Shown here: piece by piece, positions 58,833-64,000 of the stretch | How the letters are laid out: each line of letters opens with the position of its first letter | Numbering within the stretch: the stretch's first letter is position 1 | Origin: Ignavibacteria bacterium | Lineage (GTDB): Bacteria; Bacteroidota; Ignavibacteria; Kapaibacteriales; UBA4661 | Assembly: GCA_947459425.1 (NCBI GenBank) | Contig: CANHDJ010000004.1 | Coordinates: 26,220 to 90,219, forward strand | DNA length: 64,000 bases | Direction: 5' to 3' | Notes under the pieces: model-generated | What the model was told of the DNA's origin: nothing | The model's input: the letters and a program-made list of their open reading frames with translations, nothing else | The model's database searches: none | Made by a program: the position numbers and the translations under genes

Positions 58833-60950
58833 TTATTGTGCTAAAATCATTCCGGAACTGCTTCCCACCTGTACTTGTGCCGAAGCCGTTCCCATCGGCA
58901 CAACGGGGGCAACCTTCGCCGCATTTGCCAAAATATTCCACGAGCCTTCGGGAAGCGCGAAATCAAGGCTTTTGTCCATGCTGCCGTTCAAAATAACGAC
59001 GAATGATTTCGGCTGCCCTTTGACGGCGCTATTATTGCGAATGCGGAAGGCAATGGCTTGGTCGCTGCCAGTTTCGAGAAATGTAATGTCTTGTTTGGTC
59101 GCGCTGCCGAAAGCGCTTGGATAAACACGGCGCAGAGCAATCAAGCCTTTGTAATAATTCAGAAGGTCTTTATTTGCCAAAGCGTGGCGGTAATTGATGT
59201 AATTCGTCTCATCGTCCTTGTTGTAGCTGTTGCGGTCAATCATCCCGACGCGCTTTTCAAAGGGCGTTCCGCTTGGAATCACTTTGCTCCGCGCAAATTC
59301 CTGCCCTGAATGAATCATTACAGGTCCCTGTGTGGCGAAAAGATACATCGCCGCGAGTTTATTCAGCGCGAGTTGGCGTGGTGAGAGTTTGGCGTGTTTA
59401 TTCACATCGTTGATAACCGTGTTCATCGTCACTTCGCCCAAACCGAGCCGTATAAAATCGCCCATCGTCTCGTCGTCGTGGGATTCGAGATAGTTCATTG
59501 CGTGTTCTTTTTGAACAAATAATCCGCCATCTTCACGCAGCGAACCCGTGATAAATGCTTGCTCCGAGCGTTTAGTATTGCCGCCTTGATGCTTTCCGAA
59601 AATAAACCCCAAACCATCTTTCGGATTTTGTCCTTTTACGCCGTTGCGAATCTGGTCGTTCCACGCCGCCCAGCCAATATCACTGAATTTATCCGGTCCG
59701 TACTTGTTTCCGCCCCAAGGCTCGGCAATGAGAATGACGTTGGGGTTGATTTTACGGGCTTCACGCAAGATTTCTTCGCACGTTTCGCGGTCAATCATCG
59801 TTGCCAAATCGAAACGAAATCCGTCAATGTGGTATTCGGTCATCCAATACTTGATGCTTTCGACAATGAGCCGCCGTGCCATTGTGCGCTCGGTTTTGAA
59901 GTCATTGCCGCAATACGACGTGTTGATGTAATTCCCGGCGCTATCGGTGCGGAAATAGTAGTATTTATCAATGAATTTCAGAGGATTCGCGTCAAAATCG
60001 GAAACGTGGTTATAGACCACATCCATAATGACGGAAATTTTTTCGCGGTGCAGCGCCCGCACAAGGTCTTTGAATTCCTGCACAGCACGAGCATCCGTGC
60101 CGCTCCATTTGCCCGGAGCAAGGCTGCCGCCGCTTGCGTAATAGGATTCGGGTGCAAAATAAAAACTCGTCATGTAGCCCCAGTGATTGCGCTCTTGCGG
60201 GTTCCAATCGTTGTAAACGCCGTATTTGCGAGCAACGGTGCTATCGCGGAAGGTTGGTTCGAGATTCCCAAATTCATGGAGTGGCAAAAATTCTATGGCG
60301 TTCACACCCAAATCCTTCAAATAGCGCATTCCACCTGTCTTTCCGGCTTCGGTCAGCCCTTTGTATGAGCCTTTTTCCTTCACGCCCGAACTTTTATGCG
60401 CCGTCAGATCGCGCACGTGTGCTTCATAGACGACAAGGGTATTGTGATTTGCCGGAATGACGTATTTATCGCCTTTCCAGTCATATTGCGTATCGAATTT
60501 GGGGTCAAGAATAAGTGTTCTGGACTCGTGGCGAAAGGTGTTTTTCGTTGCCACTGCACGCGAGTACGGGTCAGCGACAAGAACGGTCGAATCAAACGCC
60601 TCACCCCGAAAGCCGCTCCCGCCCGCTATGCGATAGGCATAATACATCGCGAGTGCTGACAGGGGCTTATTTTCGGTGTATTCCCATGAGCCATCGCTGT
60701 TTTTCGTCATAGCATTTGTGCGCCCTTCGGCATCATCTGGCTTTTTGAAAAAGATAATGGCAACACTGGTGGCGCGAGGCGCAAAGAGGCGAAACGTCGT
60801 GGAGCGCTCACCAGGCAAGCATCCAAGCGGCTTGGCAGAAGACAGCCCGTCAAGTTCAGTGGCAAGGGGCTGGGCAGTAGCATGATAATTGGCGACAAAG
60901 CCAGCAATGACGCACGATAGCGCGAGAAAAGATGAAGCAATACGCATCAT
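58833..60950 (-). CDS. GH13 alpha-amylase-family debranching enzyme (type I pullulanase-like) with a signal peptide
   Basis: Start taken at MMRIASSFLALSCVIAGF (M48 of track ORF 58833..61091), because the upstream extension reads into the tRNA. Motifs: VYEAHVRD, WGY, DVVYNH, GFRFDLA, IAEPWG, YLESHD. Confidence 0.8.
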   Translation of the reverse strand: MMRIASSFLALSCVIAGFVANYHATAQPLATELDGLSSAKPLGCLPGERSTTFRLFAPRATSVAIIFFKKPDDAEGRTNAMTKNSDGSWEYTENKPLSALAMYYAYRIAGGSGFRGEAFDSTVLVADPYSRAVATKNTFRHESRTLILDPKFDTQYDWKGDKYVIPANHNTLVVYEAHVRDLTAHKSSGVKEKGSYKGLTEAGKTGGMRYLKDLGVNAIEFLPLHEFGNLEPTFRDSTVARKYGVYNDWNPQERNHWGYMTSFYFAPESYYASGGSLAPGKWSGTDARAVQEFKDLVRALHREKISVIMDVVYNHVSDFDANPLKFIDKYYYFRTDSAGNYINTSYCGNDFKTERTMARRLIVESIKYWMTEYHIDGFRFDLATMIDRETCEEILREARKINPNVILIAEPWGGNKYGPDKFSDIGWAAWNDQIRNGVKGQNPKDGLGFIFGKHQGGNTKRSEQAFITGSLREDGGLFVQKEHAMNYLESHDDETMGDFIRLGLGEVTMNTVINDVNKHAKLSPRQLALNKLAAMYLFATQGPVMIHSGQEFARSKVIPSGTPFEKRVGMIDRNSYNKDDETNYINYRHALANKDLLNYYKGLIALRRVYPSAFGSATKQDITFLETGSDQAIAFRIRNNSAVKGQPKSFVVILNGSMDKSLDFALPEGSWNILANAAKVAPVVPMGTASAQVQVGSSSGMILAQ

Positions 60951-61092
60951 AGAACACACAAAGATTGGTAGAGAAAAGTGAATCGGCAATCCCGCAATAT
61001 AATTTTCCTTTAGCACAAAAACGCAAAATGTTTCACAGAACGCTAGACGCTGTGAAACATTTTTTGTATTTTTTGGAGTAAGGCGTTTCAAG

Positions 61093-61164
61093 AGCCACTT
61101 GTCGGAATTGAACCAACGACCGACGGTTTACAAAACCGTTGCTCTACCGCTGAGCTAAAGTGGC
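61093..61164 (-). tRNA. tRNA-Thr (anticodon UGU)
   Basis: Reverse complement: GCCACTTTAGCTCAGCGGTAGAGCAACGGTTTTGTAAACCGTCGGTCGTTGGTTCAATTCCGACAAGTGGCT. Folded by hand: 7-bp acceptor stem, D arm GCTC/GAGC, anticodon stem ACGGT/ACCGT with loop TTTGTAA, T arm GTTGG/CCGAC with loop TTCAATT. No encoded CCA. Confidence 0.9.
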
Positions 61165-61171
61165 ATATCGT

Positions 61172-61177
61172 ATTATA
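61172..61177 (-). promoter_or_regulatory. Possible -10 hexamer TATAAT for tRNA-Thr
   Basis: TATAAT lies 7 nt upstream of the mature tRNA 5' end. Further upstream are TAATTTTG and TTGAC motifs. Promoter rules for this lineage are unknown to me. Confidence 0.3.
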
Positions 61178-61323
61178 TTTTCTACGGACAGCAAAATTAG
61201 GACTTTTTTTGCAAAAAGTCAAGTCTTTTTCGCAATGATTTATCGGCTTGATTCGTCTTTGCTTCCAATACCGCACATTTATTGAACGTGCGCCCGCTCA
61301 TAAACACCATTTTGCACAACACC

Positions 61324-62019
61324 ATGAAATTTGAATATCTGCTTTTTAACCTCATTGTCATCGCCGGACCGCTTGCGTACAGTTTTGAAAAGGCTATCAA
61401 TTTTCGTCAATATTGGCGCGAAGCCTTTGGAGGTATTTTGGGTTCGTTGGCGGTGTACGTTCTGTGGGATTCTGCGGTGACGAATCGGCATTGGTACTTC
61501 AATGCGCCCTATATGCTGGATTTCCGTTTGCTCAAACTTCCCTTAGAGGAATGGCTGTTTTTCGTTACCGTTCCCTATGCTTGCTTATTTGTGCGGGAAG
61601 TATTGCAATTAGTCGTCAAAAATCATATTATACGCGGCTTAGAATGGGTTCGTGCGGGAATGTTTGCACTCCTACCAATAGGAATTCTGGTTTTTCAATA
61701 TGGAAAGGAATACACGGGATTGGTGCTGATTGCTTTTGGCGCGGTCGCGTTTCTTGACCGCCAACTCCGCACTCACACTCTCTTGCAAACACGCACCTAC
61801 GTCTTTCTCGCCTCCGTGATAGGCTTTACCTTTATTTTCAATATGTATCTGACCGCCCGCCCGCTTCTGATTTATGCCGCAAATTATCAACTGGATTTCC
61901 GCATTATCACCATTCCCATCGAAGATTTTGGCTATGGACTGACGCATATTGCACTGTGCAATATTTTCTACGAATACCTCAAACTCCGCACGGGGAGCGC
62001 CCAACAAGGTATGGTCTGA
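61324..62019 (+). CDS. Lycopene cyclase domain protein (fused CrtYc/CrtYd-type)
   Basis: Internal ATG 61324. About 7 helices. Two copies of the PxE(E/D) motif (LPLEEWLFFVTVPY and IPIEDFGYGL), as in heterodimeric-type lycopene cyclases. Confidence 0.65.
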   Translation: MKFEYLLFNLIVIAGPLAYSFEKAINFRQYWREAFGGILGSLAVYVLWDSAVTNRHWYFNAPYMLDFRLLKLPLEEWLFFVTVPYACLFVREVLQLVVKNHIIRGLEWVRAGMFALLPIGILVFQYGKEYTGLVLIAFGAVAFLDRQLRTHTLLQTRTYVFLASVIGFTFIFNMYLTARPLLIYAANYQLDFRIITIPIEDFGYGLTHIALCNIFYEYLKLRTGSAQQGMV

Positions 62020-62057
62020 TAGGGTGTTTGCCAGGCGCTCAACAATATTCGGATGAT

Positions 62058-63971
62058 TTAGCGCAGTATTTCTGCCAAATTCACCGCTCCGCCCAGCCGC
62101 AACCAGCGTCCCGGCAAAGGCAGACCATTAAAGTCGGACGCTGCCGCATTCAAAAGATTTGTTGCTTCGGCAAACACTTCAAAACCGCCACCCGACCAGC
62201 CGAGACGTATATCCACAAAGCCCGCATCCTGATTTGCGCTTAAACGACGCTCATAGCGAAAACGCCATTGATTGGTGATAGCGCCAAATAAACGCAAATC
62301 CAGAATCAATGCCGCTTGGTGGCGCAACTGATCCAAGACATAGCGCGATTGCAAACCGGGATCTACCTGAAGAACAGGGTCAAGATAGGTGTAACTTGCC
62401 GTCAAACGCTCCAAAATTGGCATGGCATCTCGTGTGATAAGCGAAACATGAACGTCCGCGCCATTGGTAATAGCGGACGAAAGATTTTGTGCTTGCCAGC
62501 GTCCCGTTGCGTCTGTGGAATTGCGCACATAATCAATCAGCTGCACCGCAGAGCGGCGGAAAACGGATGCTTGCACGTCAACAATGCCTTCGCGCCAGCG
62601 CCCACCTAGCTCAAATGTCCATGCACGCTCCGGCTGAACATTGGGGTTGTCCCTTGTTATGCGGTCATTGTAAAAAAGTTCGGTATAACTTGGTATGCGG
62701 AAGGATTGTGCCACCGAACCGCGCAAACACAGGCTTTCGGTCACTTGCCAGCCAATATCTGCGCCCGGAGCCAGATTCCAGCCCCAATCGCTGTTAAAAA
62801 GCGCTGTTGCGCCAATTTCCAGCGTAAGGTTTTCAATTGGTTTGATTTGATGCTCGGCAAAAATGCTGAAGCGGCTGCGCTGGCGGTTATTCAAGTTCGT
62901 ACTTTCCAACATATCGGCTGCATATTCCGCGCCAACGGCTGTTGCACCAATTGAAGATTGAAGCGTTGTTTGTGCTTCTATGCTGACGGTATTGGAGGTG
63001 TGGAAATTTTGGTAAAATGCGGGGTTTTCACGACGGAGAATGAAGTAATCATTATTGCGCCGCCATGCCGCCGTGATGCGCACCGGAACGCCAAGATTGA
63101 TATTTGCCGTAAGATTAGCAAAAATCGTTTTTGTCTCTTCGTATTGCGTTGGAAAAGTAAGCGCATAGAAGCCATTTCCGCCAAATTTTTTATCAGTATA
63201 ATTTAGCGACATATCCAACGAAAAATTATCCCCCACAAGCAGTTGTGCGCCTCCGGCAACTGTCCAAATATCAAAGTCCGTACCGCTCCGCAGCGTGTCG
63301 CCGGATGAACGAAAGCTATTCGACCGTCGGCGCATAATGGATGCGCGATTGAGCAGAGTTGTCTTATCGTCAATCGCCAGAGGAGCGCCACCGGAGAGCG
63401 ACATTTCCCATAATCCATTCTCCCCGCCCATTGCCTGAATCCGTGCGCTGGGTCGCGTGTGGCGGCGCGTGATGATGTTGATTGCGCCATTGAACGCATT
63501 TGGTCCGTATTGGCGTGAACCGGGACCTTTCAGCACTTCGATTCGCTCAATATCATCTAATGTGAGCGGAATGTTCATGGCGTGATGCCCCGTCTGCGGG
63601 TCAATCATTTTCACGCCGTCAATCATGATGAGCGTCTGCTCGAATGTGCCACCGCGAATACTAATGTCGGCTTGCACCCCAAGCGCCCCACGCTGACGAA
63701 CATCCACGCCCGCCACATTCCGCAAAACCTCTTCCACGCTTCGTGCCTGTGAACGTTCAATATCCATGCGCTGTACAACGATAAGCGTCCGGCGTGGGTT
63801 TTTGCCATCGTCCGCAATACGGCTTCCCGTGACGTTGACCTCCTGCGGGAGTGTATATTTTTTTGTCGCGCTGTCTTTGCGTTGCGCGAGGAGGGGAAAT
63901 TGCCCCCATATAGCATGAATACTTATCCCAAGAACAATAAGACGTATCATGTTGTTCATAGTAATCCTCAA
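62058..63971 (-). CDS. TonB-dependent outer-membrane receptor (BtuB-like size and plug)
   Basis: 637-aa ORF with a signal peptide. Plug motifs: SVEEVLRNVAGVDVRQRG, ISIRGG, DGVKMIDPQTGHH, IERIEVLKGPGS..YG.NA..G.INI. Followed by beta-barrel repeats. Confidence 0.85.
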   Translation of the reverse strand: MRITMNNMIRLIVLGISIHAIWGQFPLLAQRKDSATKKYTLPQEVNVTGSRIADDGKNPRRTLIVVQRMDIERSQARSVEEVLRNVAGVDVRQRGALGVQADISIRGGTFEQTLIMIDGVKMIDPQTGHHAMNIPLTLDDIERIEVLKGPGSRQYGPNAFNGAINIITRRHTRPSARIQAMGGENGLWEMSLSGGAPLAIDDKTTLLNRASIMRRRSNSFRSSGDTLRSGTDFDIWTVAGGAQLLVGDNFSLDMSLNYTDKKFGGNGFYALTFPTQYEETKTIFANLTANINLGVPVRITAAWRRNNDYFILRRENPAFYQNFHTSNTVSIEAQTTLQSSIGATAVGAEYAADMLESTNLNNRQRSRFSIFAEHQIKPIENLTLEIGATALFNSDWGWNLAPGADIGWQVTESLCLRGSVAQSFRIPSYTELFYNDRITRDNPNVQPERAWTFELGGRWREGIVDVQASVFRRSAVQLIDYVRNSTDATGRWQAQNLSSAITNGADVHVSLITRDAMPILERLTASYTYLDPVLQVDPGLQSRYVLDQLRHQAALILDLRLFGAITNQWRFRYERRLSANQDAGFVDIRLGWSGGGFEVFAEATNLLNAAASDFNGLPLPGRWLRLGGAVNLAEILR

Positions 63972-64000
63972 AAACTTGTTATATGGAACAGTTGTAAAAA

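Noticed and set aside
59559-60368. Plus-strand ORF of 269 aa
   Set aside because: It is antisense to the GH13 pullulanase gene and has no motifs.
61199-61218. 8-bp palindrome gacttttt-ttgc-aaaaagtc between tRNA-Thr and the lycopene cyclase gene
   Set aside because: It is an A/T-only stem apart from the ends, so low stability. It overlaps the putative tRNA promoter region, and there is no evidence for function.
60951-61276. N-terminal extension of the pullulanase ORF to 61091, and ORF 61088..61276 (-)
   Set aside because: The extension precedes a good signal peptide at M48. It runs up to within 2 nt of the tRNA-Thr gene and would have to be transcribed from a start inside or beyond that same-strand tRNA gene. 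The 62-aa ORF lies on top of the tRNA itself (61093-61164).
1-64000. CRISPR arrays, rRNA genes, integrases, prophage genes and recognised multi-gene defence systems
   Set aside because: I saw no repeat-spacer periodicity, no rRNA-like stretches and no integrase or recombinase ORFs. None of the ORFs shows hallmark motifs of the defence families I can recognise by eye. Only TA modules and relics are present.
63972-64000. Possible cobalamin riboswitch upstream of the BtuB-like TonB-dependent receptor
   Set aside because: Only 29 nt of upstream sequence are in the window, so this cannot be evaluated.

Overview
This is a chromosomal segment of a Gram-negative bacterium. From gene content, the lack of Shine-Dalgarno (SD) motifs at most starts, a TonB-dependent receptor, a long IF-2 and GT9/YfhO genes, I guess a Chlorobi/Ignavibacteria/Bacteroidetes-type (FCB) lineage, but this cannot be proven here. 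I count about 58 protein-coding genes and one tRNA-Thr(UGU). There is no rRNA and I saw no CRISPR array. Core blocks: gyrA; mnmG plus two GT9 heptosyltransferase-like genes; the conserved rimP-nusA-infB-rbfA-truB-(unknown)-ribF-rpsO-pnp cluster; ald; a GH13 pullulanase; a TonB-dependent receptor. Three accessory or decaying patches stand out. (i) 9.0-10.9 kb holds a frameshifted small ORF, an AT-rich methyltransferase, an internally deleted IS30-type transposase remnant and a hicB-hicA pair. (ii) 11.7-17.5 kb is an AT-rich sugar-tailoring/export island (methyltransferase-like ORF, MsbA-type ABC exporter, PhyH-type dioxygenase, GNAT, 508-aa unknown) that abuts pseB-pseC, with no pseG/I/F in the window. 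(iii) 27.1-28.2 kb holds a frameshifted retropepsin-like gene and an intact antitoxin next to a frameshifted ParE/RelE toxin. Other notable items: an orphan MoxR ATPase directly upstream of an RCK K+ channel that carries the only strong SD I saw; a PNPase with a tandem-repeat-encoded Gly/Arg/Asp/Tyr C-terminal tail; a terminator-like hairpin in the rimP leader; and a co-directional DUF2254-GT87-DUF1446-SpoIIE array. I did not find an unambiguous new multi-gene system. The sugar island and the MoxR/K+ channel pair are my best candidates, and both need database and structure checks. All function calls rest on motifs I recognise by eye in the translations, not on searches.
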